In this document: in pieces, positions 9,796 through 19,048 of the stretch
How positions within the stretch are numbered: position 1 is the stretch's first letter
How the letters are laid out: every line of letters starts with the position of its first letter
Origin: an uncultured Candidatus Saccharibacteria bacterium
GTDB lineage: Bacteria > Patescibacteriota > WWE3 > 2-01-FULL-39-13
Reading direction: 5' to 3'
DNA: 64,000 bases
NCBI GenBank assembly: GCA_965230915.1
Contig: OZ246395.1
Span: forward strand, 600,935-664,934
The notes under the pieces: model-generated
Seen by the model: the letters and a program-made list of their open reading frames with translations, nothing else
Databases searched by the model: none
What the model was told of the DNA's origin: nothing
Translations under genes and position numbers: made by a program

Positions 9796-10972
9796 TTCCT
9801 ACCTTTTCCTGTCCGTTTTTTGGAACAAAATCCATGTGAATTGTTTTCTCCTTTATATTATCAATTTCCTTAGAGAAATTCTCGATTTCTGATAAAAGTT
9901 TATATGGAGTTGCATCATCTTGGTTTAAAACTGTTGCAAGCCCGAACTCTTCGAGTATTTTACCGTTTTTGTATTGTTCATTTTTTGAAACAACCGGAAG
10001 CGGAATTACTATAGCTGGTTTTTTAAGTAGTGCTAATTCATATATAGTATGTGCACCACCACGGGTTATCAAAAAATCTGCTGTAGCAAATACTTTGCCA
10101 ATTTCCTGTTCTAAAAAGTATTCCTTAACATGTATATTTGCGCGCTTTGATTCTTCTAGCTGGTTAACTGCTTCGATTGCAGCATTGTAGTCAGCTTCGC
10201 CTACACGTCTTCCAGCTGACCAGATTAAATTAAAATTATCTGAAAGTTGATTTATTGTTTCAATTACAACTTTGTTAATAAAAAGAGAACCGGATTTTCC
10301 GCCTGTTATATATATTGTTTTGTAATTTTCTCGCGGGAAAGAAATTTTCTCGTGAGAAAGATGAACGAAATTTCTAATTGGAAGGCCGGTATATTCCATT
10401 TTTCTCTTTACGGAATTTTTCTCACTATCATAAAATTCTATAGGCCAAGTTGTGAAAATTTTCTCTGCAAACATTGATGAAATTTCATTTGCGAGACCTA
10501 TGGTTGAAGTTTGTTCATGTAAAACACTTTTGATTCCCATTAAATATCCTGCAAAAACAACCGGCACAGACATATACCCACCAAAAGATACTATAAGATC
10601 AGGTTTTATTTTGTTTAAATACTTCAATGCTTGAAAAAAACCAAATGGAACTAATAGTAAGTTATAAATGACTAAAGGAAGATATAAAATTGAATGAGTT
10701 CTATATAATTTTCCAGCTTTTAAATCAAAAAATGGGATTTTTTTCTCTGTAACTTCAGTGTATTCGGGTGAATATGTTTTTGAGTCGATATTTTTTTTGC
10801 CAATCCAAAAAAACTCAAGATTTTTTGAGTTATCACGAAGCCAATCGATTGTTGCCAGCGCCGAATTGTGATGTCCACCGATAAAAACTAAGGATTTTGT
10901 TTCGCCACGACTAGTATTTTGCTTCACAAAAGGTAATTTATTCATTCGAAAGTTTTGTTCTCCTGCTAACAT
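9761..10972 (-). CDS. murG: UDP-GlcNAc:lipid I N-acetylglucosaminyltransferase MurG (GT28)
   Basis: C-terminal ITRGGAHTIYELALLKKPAIVIPLP matches the MurG donor-binding motif. The N-terminal G-loop is divergent (FIGGHHNSALA). The true start is probably an internal Met (MNKLP). Confidence 0.75.
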   Translation of the reverse strand: MLAGEQNFRMNKLPFVKQNTSRGETKSLVFIGGHHNSALATIDWLRDNSKNLEFFWIGKKNIDSKTYSPEYTEVTEKKIPFFDLKAGKLYRTHSILYLPLVIYNLLLVPFGFFQALKYLNKIKPDLIVSFGGYMSVPVVFAGYLMGIKSVLHEQTSTIGLANEISSMFAEKIFTTWPIEFYDSEKNSVKRKMEYTGLPIRNFVHLSHEKISFPRENYKTIYITGGKSGSLFINKVVIETINQLSDNFNLIWSAGRRVGEADYNAAIEAVNQLEESKRANIHVKEYFLEQEIGKVFATADFLITRGGAHTIYELALLKKPAIVIPLPVVSKNEQYKNGKILEEFGLATVLNQDDATPYKLLSEIENFSKEIDNIKEKTIHMDFVPKNGQEKVGNAIIEIVKQQA

Positions 10973-12119
10973 TTAAAATAAGCCCCAGCGCCCATAACAT
11001 AAAAATCGTGGAACTTCCCCCATATGAAATTAATGGAAGAGGAATTCCCGTTAAGGGCATAATTCTGACCATTGCGCATAAATTAATCAATAATTGCACG
11101 CTTATCCATAATATTACACCAGAAACTAACAATGACGAGAACATATCGGGGGCTTTTTTAGCAATTAAAATACCTCGCCAAAGCAAAAATCCAAACAACG
11201 TAACCAAAAAAACTGTGCCAATAAATCCAAACTCTTCGCCGATAATTGCAAAAATAGAATCGGCGGTAACTTCAGGCAAATACGCATATTTTTGACGAGA
11301 TTTGCCCATTCCTAACCCCCAGAAACCACCAGATCCAAGAGCAATCATAATTTGGCGAATGTGATAACCTGCCCCGGATTTATCGACTTCTTCAGGAGAT
11401 AAAAGTGTTTGTATACGACTACGGCGATATGCCGATGAAAACGCATATAAGGCTGCGGCAGCCCCTAATATAGGCCCAGATATTATGAAATACCACAAAC
11501 TAGCATTTGATAAAAAGTAAATTCCAAGAATAATCGTTCCGACAATAAATGCAGTACTAAAATTTGGTTCTAAAAAAATTAACCCGCATACTAGCCCTAA
11601 ATATCCTGTAAATACTAAAGCGATTTTTTTAAATGGTAATTCTTTTATTTTTTCGGAACTTAAAAGCGACGCAAAAAATATTACACATGCTAATTTTGCA
11701 AATTCACTTGGCTGAAAACTTAGGCGGCCTAAACCAGGAATAGCTGGGAAAGGTTCGGGATTCAAAACAATCCAGCGTCTGGCACCATAAACTTCTGGGG
11801 CAAAAGGAGTTGGAAGTAATACAAATAATAAGAAGCCGCACGCAATAAAAAAGAGCATTGGCGCGTATTTTCGCAATAGGTTTATGTCAATCTTCGAAAT
11901 TATATACATACCCACAACGCCGATTATTGACCATCCAATTTGAAGTTTTACGAAATGAAATCTGTCATTAAAGACCACTTCGGCATATGCTAAAGATGCT
12001 TCGTAAACCATGAAAACTCCAAATAAAATTATTACAGCGAGAATTGATGTAAAAGCAAGGTCTATTCCGCCAATTGTATCTTTTTTGGCTAATCTTCTAA
12101 GCGAATTCAATTTGTTCAT
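10938..12119 (-). CDS. ftsW: SEDS-family peptidoglycan glycosyltransferase FtsW
   Basis: 393 aa with about 10 TM segments. SEDS-like motifs (RRWIVLNPEPFP...FQPSEFAKL, GSGGFWGLGMGKS). Sits at the ftsW position. Confidence 0.85.
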   Translation of the reverse strand: MNKLNSLRRLAKKDTIGGIDLAFTSILAVIILFGVFMVYEASLAYAEVVFNDRFHFVKLQIGWSIIGVVGMYIISKIDINLLRKYAPMLFFIACGFLLFVLLPTPFAPEVYGARRWIVLNPEPFPAIPGLGRLSFQPSEFAKLACVIFFASLLSSEKIKELPFKKIALVFTGYLGLVCGLIFLEPNFSTAFIVGTIILGIYFLSNASLWYFIISGPILGAAAALYAFSSAYRRSRIQTLLSPEEVDKSGAGYHIRQIMIALGSGGFWGLGMGKSRQKYAYLPEVTADSIFAIIGEEFGFIGTVFLVTLFGFLLWRGILIAKKAPDMFSSLLVSGVILWISVQLLINLCAMVRIMPLTGIPLPLISYGGSSTIFMLWALGLILNVSRRTKLSNE

Positions 12120-12204
12120 AAGTTAACTCATATAGTATACAAACTGCCTAATTAGAATTATAGTCAAATTAGGTAGCTACTTTTATATTATTTATATTTA
12201 GATC

Positions 12205-12756
12205 ATGGAATCAGACAAAAAGCTTGTTAGTGAAGCCCAGAAAGATATAAAAAACTTTGACAATATTTATGCAAGTTACTTTACTAAAATTAAGAATTAT
12301 TTTAAACCTAAAGTCAGCAATGATGAATTAATTGCAGAAGACTTAACTTCGCAAACTTTTGAAAAAGCTCTGAAAAATATAGACGGTTTTAAATGGCAAG
12401 GCGTTTCGTTTTCATCATGGCTTTATACAATTGCCAACAATACTCTTATCGACTTTTATAGAAAAAACAAAAAAACAATTAAAATCGATGACGAATTTTA
12501 CAACAATATAAAAGACGAATCGAAGTTAATCGAAGAAAGCGTGATAGAAGACGATACCGAAACAAGAATTAAAGAAATTTTAAGAGAATTATCAAGACGA
12601 GAACACACAATAATAATTCTTAAGTTTTATGACGGATTAAATAATAAAGAAATTGCAGAAAAGGTTGGCATTTCTGAATCAAATGTTGGAACTATAATAC
12701 ACAGAATAACAAAAAAACTAAAAGATAGAATTAAAGCCTCTCAACTAGTGGAATAA
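12205..12756 (+). CDS. ECF-type sigma-70 family RNA polymerase sigma factor
   Basis: Region 2 reads SSWLYTIANNTLIDFYRKNKK. Region 4 helix-turn-helix reads NKEIAEKVGISESNVGTIIHRITKKLK. Confidence 0.8.
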   Translation: MESDKKLVSEAQKDIKNFDNIYASYFTKIKNYFKPKVSNDELIAEDLTSQTFEKALKNIDGFKWQGVSFSSWLYTIANNTLIDFYRKNKKTIKIDDEFYNNIKDESKLIEESVIEDDTETRIKEILRELSRREHTIIILKFYDGLNNKEIAEKVGISESNVGTIIHRITKKLKDRIKASQLVE

Positions 12757-12758
12757 GT

Positions 12759-13937
12759 CTAAAGTGATAAATCCAAATTCAGGCTAGTTAAGTTATCAAT
12801 TAAATATTGGGTCTTATATGCGATGGCATTAAAATTGCTTACGCGGCTATATCCTCTTGATGCTACAGCCCCAAAAATTAAAACTCCGCCCCACTCTGCG
12901 TCGATAATTTCACTTTTAACAGATGATAAGTTATTCACAGGTCTTACAGTTACAACAACAATATCTGTGCCATCAGCGTAGCTAATTTTGCACCCCATAA
13001 TATTAAGCTCTGTTACTATATGAGAGAGCTCTTCGACATTTCTACAAATAACACTTACAGGTTTTTCTGCAATAAATGAAAGCATTAAAAATAGATATCC
13101 CAAAGCATCACACTTTAGCGTTAAAAATTCGTAAAGATCACTTAAATCCTTCTGGTGATGCCAAATTTTTAAACGCCCATCCATAACTTCATAATTTCCA
13201 GCTATTTCATCAAAAATCATTAAAAACTGAAGTGACTGAGATAAATCAAAATTTTCGATAATCACCTCTGATGATGGCAAAGCAGCCATAGCTACAAATA
13301 AATTAAATTCAAATTGGTTATATGGAACTTTTATGATATCTCCTTGTTCTAACTGTTGAATACTTGATAATCGGTAATCATTTTTATCGTAAACTACTGC
13401 TAAATTTTGCGTAAAATATGAACTAAAAATTCTTGACGCCGCCATATATAAATTCTCTCCCATTACACTTATCTGCAGTAAATCTTCGCTTCGATTTATG
13501 AAATTCCTACGAATTAATATGGAAGAATTATCGGGTTCGATATCAAATCCGATTTCGCGGTAGAATTTAGCTTCTTTTCGAAAAGTTAGAGGAACATAAC
13601 ACTCACCTCTTCTAAAAAGAATTGCCGGAATTAGAATTTGCGCAAATTTATAACTTATATTGGCTGATGATAGATCATTAGAGACCTCACCGGGAATTGT
13701 AACTGAAATACTAGTTTCATTTTCCCAAAATATATCAACGCCAAGTTCTTGAAGAATTGTAATAAAATCGAGAACCATTCCAGACCTTGGAACATTCTGC
13801 AAAATAACTTTTTTCTCCTTAAAAAAACTTTGGACAAGATAAAAAATTGTGATTTCAGAATCTCCGGATAACGAGACTGTTCCATAAGGGGTAACGCCAC
13901 CACGAACTTTTAATGTAGATTTAAGATTGTCATCCAT
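12759..13937 (-). CDS. divergent MurA-like (EPSP-synthase-fold UDP-GlcNAc enolpyruvyl transferase family) protein
   Basis: The N-terminus aligns by eye to MurA: LKVRGGVTPYGTVSLSGDSEITIF...VILQNVPRSGMVLDFITILQELGVDIFWEN against MurA I(I/F)VRGG..L.GTV...GAKNA.LP...VP.L.DV...L..LG. The Lys22 position (GAKNA) reads GDSEI. The Cys115 loop PGGC(A/T)IGxRP is not recognisable. Confidence 0.55.
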   Translation of the reverse strand: MDDNLKSTLKVRGGVTPYGTVSLSGDSEITIFYLVQSFFKEKKVILQNVPRSGMVLDFITILQELGVDIFWENETSISVTIPGEVSNDLSSANISYKFAQILIPAILFRRGECYVPLTFRKEAKFYREIGFDIEPDNSSILIRRNFINRSEDLLQISVMGENLYMAASRIFSSYFTQNLAVVYDKNDYRLSSIQQLEQGDIIKVPYNQFEFNLFVAMAALPSSEVIIENFDLSQSLQFLMIFDEIAGNYEVMDGRLKIWHHQKDLSDLYEFLTLKCDALGYLFLMLSFIAEKPVSVICRNVEELSHIVTELNIMGCKISYADGTDIVVVTVRPVNNLSSVKSEIIDAEWGGVLIFGAVASRGYSRVSNFNAIAYKTQYLIDNLTSLNLDLSL

Positions 13938-13975
13938 AAATAAAGCTTATTTAATATTATCATAGAGCCTTTCTC

Positions 13976-15691
13976 TTATTGTGGTTCTTGTTTATCGGCG
14001 GCTAATCCATAGTATGCTGCCAATTTTTCGGCAATAGACATCCAAAGCGGAACAGCCGTTTCTGCGGCATATCCACTTGGATAAGTTGGCTCTTCCAATT
14101 TTACATACAGAACAAAATTCTTATATGAAGGCATAAATCCGACAAAAGTTGCGTTAGTACGGTTGGGGTCGTATCCTCCAGGAACTGGAACTTGGGCGGT
14201 TCCTGTTTTTCCAGCTATATTATATTTTTTTGAAACAAAAAATTTGGCTTCTCCACCCGAAACTGCAGATGTTAATAAAGTGACCATTCTGTCAGCAGTA
14301 TTTGAAGTTATTGGACGTGAAATAGGATGGGGTTTGAATTCAACTTCTTTATCTTTGGTAACAATTTTCTTGACCACATATGGCTTCATTAATAGCCCAT
14401 CGTTGGCGACAGCTGCAAAAGACATTGTAACTTGAAGCGGAGTCATTGAAATTCCCTGTCCGAATGAAGCATTTGCGAGTTCGATATCTTTGAGATTTTC
14501 AGTTCCATACATTAAACCTCGTTCTTCGCCTTCTAAATCGACTCCAGTCGTTTGACCAAAACCAAAATCATGGAAGTATTCCATTAATGCATCGCCTCCT
14601 AATTGCTGTGCAACCCAAGCTGCACCCAAGTTATTCGATAATTGCAAAATTCGTGCAATATTAATTTCACCATGGTGCTTTCCATCCCAATTATCAACCA
14701 TGTAACCAGAAAATTCCTTCGGACCAGTATCATTATAAGTTGAATCTTCGTTAATCTTGCCAGCATCTAATGCACTGGCAACCGTTATAGCTTTTATAAC
14801 TGACCCTGGTTCGTATATTGATGAAATTGCGTCGTTACGAACGAGAGCTTCGTTTTCAAAAGCTTCTTTATAATTAGACGGGTCAAAATTCGGATAAGAT
14901 GCCATTGCAACAATTGCACCTGTTGATGGCTCAACAATAATTACAACACCTGATTTGGCGTTATAGTTATCTACAGCTGTTTTTAATTTATCTTCAATCA
15001 TAAACTGAATATTTCGATTTATTGTCAAATATAAATCGCTGCCATCGATTGGCGGAACTTTCTCAACGTCTCCCCATAAAATTGGATCACCACCTGCAGT
15101 ACGTTCTTGAAAAAGCCATCCATCTTGACCTTCAAGATCTCCGTTATAGTACTGTTCTAACCCGTAGTATCCGATATCTTTGGCATATTGGTCTTTCCCG
15201 ACGAAACCTAAGGTATTACTGAGCATTGTGGTTTCGGGATAATATCTCGAATAAGTTTCTTCGAAACCAACTCCAGGCATTTTTAGATCGTCGATTTTTT
15301 TGTATTGATCCCAATTTAAATTTTCCGAATACTTAATCCACTTTTTATTGGAATTAACTACTGCGTCTGAAGCTGGTTTATCCAGATCGGGTAAAATCGG
15401 CTTTAACTCGTGATATATATCCCGGGATTTGTCCATTTGTGTTGTATTCAGATACATCGTATATGCAACTTTATTAGTTGCGATAGGATAATCATCATTT
15501 GTATAAATTGTTCCTCGTTTTGCTTGAAGTGTATAACCGCTCCATTGCTGCTCACGCGCTTGTGCTTTATATTTTGATGAATTGATAACCTGAATCTGAA
15601 AAAGGCGAATACAAATAACTATAAGAAGAAATCCGACCCAATAAACTATTAAGTTATATCGCCACTCAGGATTTAAACGGGAGGCTTTCAT
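13976..15691 (-). CDS. ftsI: penicillin-binding protein 2B / FtsI transpeptidase
   Basis: 571 aa with an N-terminal TM anchor. Transpeptidase motifs SVIK (SXXK), SNN, and KTGT. Confidence 0.9.
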   Translation of the reverse strand: MKASRLNPEWRYNLIVYWVGFLLIVICIRLFQIQVINSSKYKAQAREQQWSGYTLQAKRGTIYTNDDYPIATNKVAYTMYLNTTQMDKSRDIYHELKPILPDLDKPASDAVVNSNKKWIKYSENLNWDQYKKIDDLKMPGVGFEETYSRYYPETTMLSNTLGFVGKDQYAKDIGYYGLEQYYNGDLEGQDGWLFQERTAGGDPILWGDVEKVPPIDGSDLYLTINRNIQFMIEDKLKTAVDNYNAKSGVVIIVEPSTGAIVAMASYPNFDPSNYKEAFENEALVRNDAISSIYEPGSVIKAITVASALDAGKINEDSTYNDTGPKEFSGYMVDNWDGKHHGEINIARILQLSNNLGAAWVAQQLGGDALMEYFHDFGFGQTTGVDLEGEERGLMYGTENLKDIELANASFGQGISMTPLQVTMSFAAVANDGLLMKPYVVKKIVTKDKEVEFKPHPISRPITSNTADRMVTLLTSAVSGGEAKFFVSKKYNIAGKTGTAQVPVPGGYDPNRTNATFVGFMPSYKNFVLYVKLEEPTYPSGYAAETAVPLWMSIAEKLAAYYGLAADKQEPQ

Positions 15692-15694
15692 ACT

Positions 15695-16344
15695 TTATTT
15701 AACAACTTTCACTATATAAATAAGCCATTTGGATCTTTCAGACATAGGTCTATAAATAAATTCTAAAATATCGAATCCATTTTCACTTAAAACTTGTCTA
15801 AATTCTGAATCTAAATAAAATGCCCAGAAACGGTTGTATGGGTTTCCATCACTACTCACTTCTTCACGAACTTCCTCACCTTCGCCTCTTTAATTGAAAT
15901 AAAGCCAACACCATTAGACCTAGTAATGTTATGCAAACGACTTAAACCTGATTCAATACGTCTTTTAGGTATATGTAACAGCATAGCCGATGCCCAAAAT
16001 CCATCAACAGAATTGCTTTCGAAAGGTAACTCATGCAAATTGCTTACTTGAAACATACCACCGGGATTTCGGGCTTGAGCAACCTCAATAAAGTTTGGGG
16101 CAGGGTCTGTACCTATATAAGAATACCCTCTACTAATAAGATCTTCTGCATCTCTTCCACCACCACAGCCAACTTCTAAGATAGTTCCTGATGGTAAATG
16201 AGTTTGAAAAACTGTCATTTCTTCCTGCCAAAAGCCGCGCCCAGCATGCGCTTCCGCCCAATTTTGCGCAGTTGAGTTGTATGCATCAATCGTTAACGCT
16301 TCTTCTGGAGTCAGAGACTTCTCGGTATCAGTTTCAATTTCCAT
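15695..16344 (-). pseudogene. class I SAM-dependent methyltransferase interrupted by a -1 frameshift
   Basis: Frame A (15856..16344) encodes 162 aa with LEVGCGGGRDAEDL and ends at TGA. A second frame, shifted by -1, is open across 15695..15889. It encodes EEVSSDGNPYNRFWAFYLDSEFRQVLSENGFDILEFIYRPMSERSKWLIYIVKVVK, a typical methyltransferase C-terminus. Its stop lies 3 nt before the ftsI ATG. The two frames overlap in 15857-15889. Confidence 0.6.
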
Positions 16345-16369
16345 TAATGAAATATATCACTTCTAAAGT

Positions 16370-16735
16370 TTATCTAGCAGCCAGCTCCGGAGATGTGTAA
16401 TACTCAACATTTGCCTCAACATAGCCATTTTCTAATGCCAGCGGCTTTATAACTGATAAAGAGGTTAATGTTAAATACTGATTTTTCAGATACTCGTTTT
16501 GCTGATGATATGCAGTAATTTCGTTTTCGATCTTTGATAAATTGCTTCCGGCAATTGAAGCTTTATCAGAATAATAAAATCTAGCGCCAAGTGTGATTAA
16601 TAGTGCAAATGTCAAAAATATATTTAAGAAAGTTACAAATTTGAATTTACCGTGATTATGAGTTGATTTTTCAACATTTGGTTTGTCGAAATGGATTGAG
16701 GTTATTGATTTTCTTACGTTATTAAATTTTTTCAT
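16370..16735 (-). CDS. ftsL: FtsL-like cell division protein
   Basis: 121 aa with one TM segment followed by a coiled-coil-like stretch (KIENEITAYHQQNEYLKNQYLTL). Sits immediately downstream of rsmH. Confidence 0.6.
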   Translation of the reverse strand: MKKFNNVRKSITSIHFDKPNVEKSTHNHGKFKFVTFLNIFLTFALLITLGARFYYSDKASIAGSNLSKIENEITAYHQQNEYLKNQYLTLTSLSVIKPLALENGYVEANVEYYTSPELAAR

Positions 16736-17600
16736 AGATTCTTAATTTTGCACTTCTCGAAGCGGAATTATTTTCAATTTCGACTTCAGAAGGAACAATT
16801 GGTTCCTTATTAACTTTTTTAAGGTCGCCTCTGGTATTTAAATTTTTAGCGATTTTGTCTTCCAGCGAATGAAAAGTTATTATCGAAAGCCTTCCACCAA
16901 CTTTTAATAAGTCGGCAGCATCTTGCGATGATGTTTCAAAATTTGATAATTCGCTATTAACAGCAATTCTTAAAGCTTGAAAAACGCGTGTTGCAGGATG
17001 ATTTCGGCTTACCTGATACCTCGAAGTATTCTTGATAACTTCGGCGAGTTCATTTGCCTTTACATTTGCCCCTCGCTGTTTAATTAGTTTCTTAATTGCT
17101 TTTGCATAAAGCTTTGCTTGAGGTTCTTCTCCATAATCTAAAATCAGAGAAGCAATTTCGTCTTCGGATAAAACTACGAGTAGATCGATTGCACGAACTC
17201 CTAGTTCGTGGTCCATTCTCATATCGAGTTCTGTTGAGTCTTCGAAGCTGAACCCTCTTGCAGCTTGCTTAATTTGAAATGTGCTAAGCCCTAAGTCGTA
17301 TAAAATCCCATCTATTTGTGATTCTTTCCAGCCGATTTCTTTTACTGCACGCTTAATATCTTTAAAGTTAGTTTTTAATATTTTTAGATGGCCATTGTGG
17401 ATTTCTTCGTGAAATCTATGCTCGCAGTGCTCAATTGCTGCGACATCAATGTCTAGCGCTAAAACATTTCCACCTAACTCTAAAATCTTCGCGGTATGCC
17501 CTCCACCGCCAAGATTGCAATCAATATAATTGCCACCTTTTTTAATATTCAAACCTTCAATTGCTTCGGTTAATAAAACAGATGTATGTTGAAATTCCAT
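16722..17600 (-). CDS. rsmH: 16S rRNA m4C1402 methyltransferase RsmH (MraW)
   Basis: N-terminus HTSVLLTEAIEGL...YIDCNLGGGGHTAKILE is diagnostic for RsmH. Confidence 0.95.
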   Translation of the reverse strand: MEFQHTSVLLTEAIEGLNIKKGGNYIDCNLGGGGHTAKILELGGNVLALDIDVAAIEHCEHRFHEEIHNGHLKILKTNFKDIKRAVKEIGWKESQIDGILYDLGLSTFQIKQAARGFSFEDSTELDMRMDHELGVRAIDLLVVLSEDEIASLILDYGEEPQAKLYAKAIKKLIKQRGANVKANELAEVIKNTSRYQVSRNHPATRVFQALRIAVNSELSNFETSSQDAADLLKVGGRLSIITFHSLEDKIAKNLNTRGDLKKVNKEPIVPSEVEIENNSASRSAKLRIYEKI

Positions 17601-17602
17601 TT

Positions 17603-18037
17603 TTACTTGTTAGATTTGTCGGCTAACTTTTGGCCGATAGAAGAACTATCTGATTCTAATTTCTTTCTTTTTTCTTCCCACTTATCGCTGGACCAAAGTT
17701 CGACCCAATCGCCTAGACCTAAGAAAGTTCCCTCTAGCTTGATTTGCGAATATTCAACAAGATATGGAGGAACAACAAATCTTCCTTGAGCATCTAGTTC
17801 GATTTCTGATGCCGATGCTAGTAAAAAGCGTCTAGTGTCACGAATTTCTTCTGAGACGAAAGGACCTGAAATTGATTCAGAAATCATTTCCTCCCACTGG
17901 GCAGGTGACATTAAAATAGCGCAGCCTTCGTAGCCTCTGGTGATAATAAGCTTATTTCCTAGCTCTTCGCGGAATCGTTTCGGGAAGGCTATTCGGTTTT
18001 TATCACCAAGTTTTTGTCTGTGTTCTCCAATGATCAT
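17603..18037 (-). CDS. mraZ: transcriptional regulator MraZ
   Basis: 144 aa. GEHRQKLGDKNRIAFPKRFRE...LIITRGYEGC and a second repeat of the MraZ fold. First gene of the cluster. Confidence 0.9.
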   Translation of the reverse strand: MIIGEHRQKLGDKNRIAFPKRFREELGNKLIITRGYEGCAILMSPAQWEEMISESISGPFVSEEIRDTRRFLLASASEIELDAQGRFVVPPYLVEYSQIKLEGTFLGLGDWVELWSSDKWEEKRKKLESDSSSIGQKLADKSNK

Positions 18038-18078
18038 ATTTAATTGCTATAAAGTGCAGGAAACAGTAGATTAGATCT

Positions 18079-18108
18079 AGCCAACATCAATCACCACTAA
18101 TCACCACT
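18079..18108 (-). promoter_or_regulatory. 10-bp-phased direct repeats upstream of mraZ (candidate MraZ boxes)
   Basis: The plus strand reads CAACATCAAT CACCACTAAT CACCACT. The minus strand reads GTGGTGATTA GTGGTGATTG ATGTTG. Two exact 10-mer repeats plus a degenerate third, about 50-70 nt upstream of the mraZ start. Confidence 0.45.
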
Positions 18109-18231
18109 GTATTACATATTATGGTATGACAAAGGGGGAAGTTAGGGAACACGAAGAATACCCGAAAGCAGCAACGTTTAAAAACCTAGGTGCTTTCATA
18201 TAGTGCTAAAAATAGTAATATTACGATTAAT

Positions 18232-19038
18232 ATGAATAAGTGGAAAATTCTGTCTATATTCCTTATAGTTACACAAATAACGTCTATAATAGCTTTCACT
18301 TATTTTTACTATCCTCAATTAACCAGGTTTACAACTAACACACCTAAAATAGATGACCCTAAAGAACAACTTTTAACATGGGCTGAAAAGTATAACAGCG
18401 AACAATGGCAGAAATATTTGCAAAATTGGCAAAAAATAAAGGGTGATGAAAGTATGAAACAGGTTATAAAATGTAGAATCGATATTGACAATAAAATCTC
18501 GCAGCTAGAACCAATATATCTAAAAGCCTTAAGGGAAAATGAGACGGGCAATGCTACTGTAGAGAGTCGGTATTCCGAAGGTATTTATAAAACACTTAAA
18601 AATATTTCAGATAAACTTTGGGATATCACTTATCCGTACGATAGAGACGAACCTGATTTCCAAGGAGGACTGTTTATCTATACAAAATTTGATAACAACT
18701 TGGATGTTTTTAATCAGGCTTATATTGATAAAAATATAGTAGGCACTAAGCAAACACTTGAATACTACAACACGCAATTTAATAATGATCTAATAGAAGC
18801 AGAAAATGTATATTGTCCCAAATTGGATTCCATCGGGGCTAAACCTCCTATGACTTCAGCACAGTGCATTGAGATTGCCAAATTTATAAATAGCACAGCT
18901 GTACCTGAAGGGAGAGAGTCTTTTGAATTACAAGGAGAATACGAAATATCATTAGAAAAATTTGAGAAGGCAAAAATTAGTAGATTAGAATTATGCAATT
19001 CAACTTCGGAATTAAATTCACCCTATTTCAGATTCTAA
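18232..19038 (+). CDS. hypothetical membrane-anchored protein
   Basis: The ATG at 18232 gives MNKWKILSIFLIVTQITSIIAFTYFYY (one TM segment) followed by a hydrophilic 240-aa domain containing several Cys. The listed GTG at 18190 is probably a spurious upstream start. No family recognised. Confidence 0.5.
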   Translation: MNKWKILSIFLIVTQITSIIAFTYFYYPQLTRFTTNTPKIDDPKEQLLTWAEKYNSEQWQKYLQNWQKIKGDESMKQVIKCRIDIDNKISQLEPIYLKALRENETGNATVESRYSEGIYKTLKNISDKLWDITYPYDRDEPDFQGGLFIYTKFDNNLDVFNQAYIDKNIVGTKQTLEYYNTQFNNDLIEAENVYCPKLDSIGAKPPMTSAQCIEIAKFINSTAVPEGRESFELQGEYEISLEKFEKAKISRLELCNSTSELNSPYFRF

Positions 19039-19048
19039 AATACACTCT

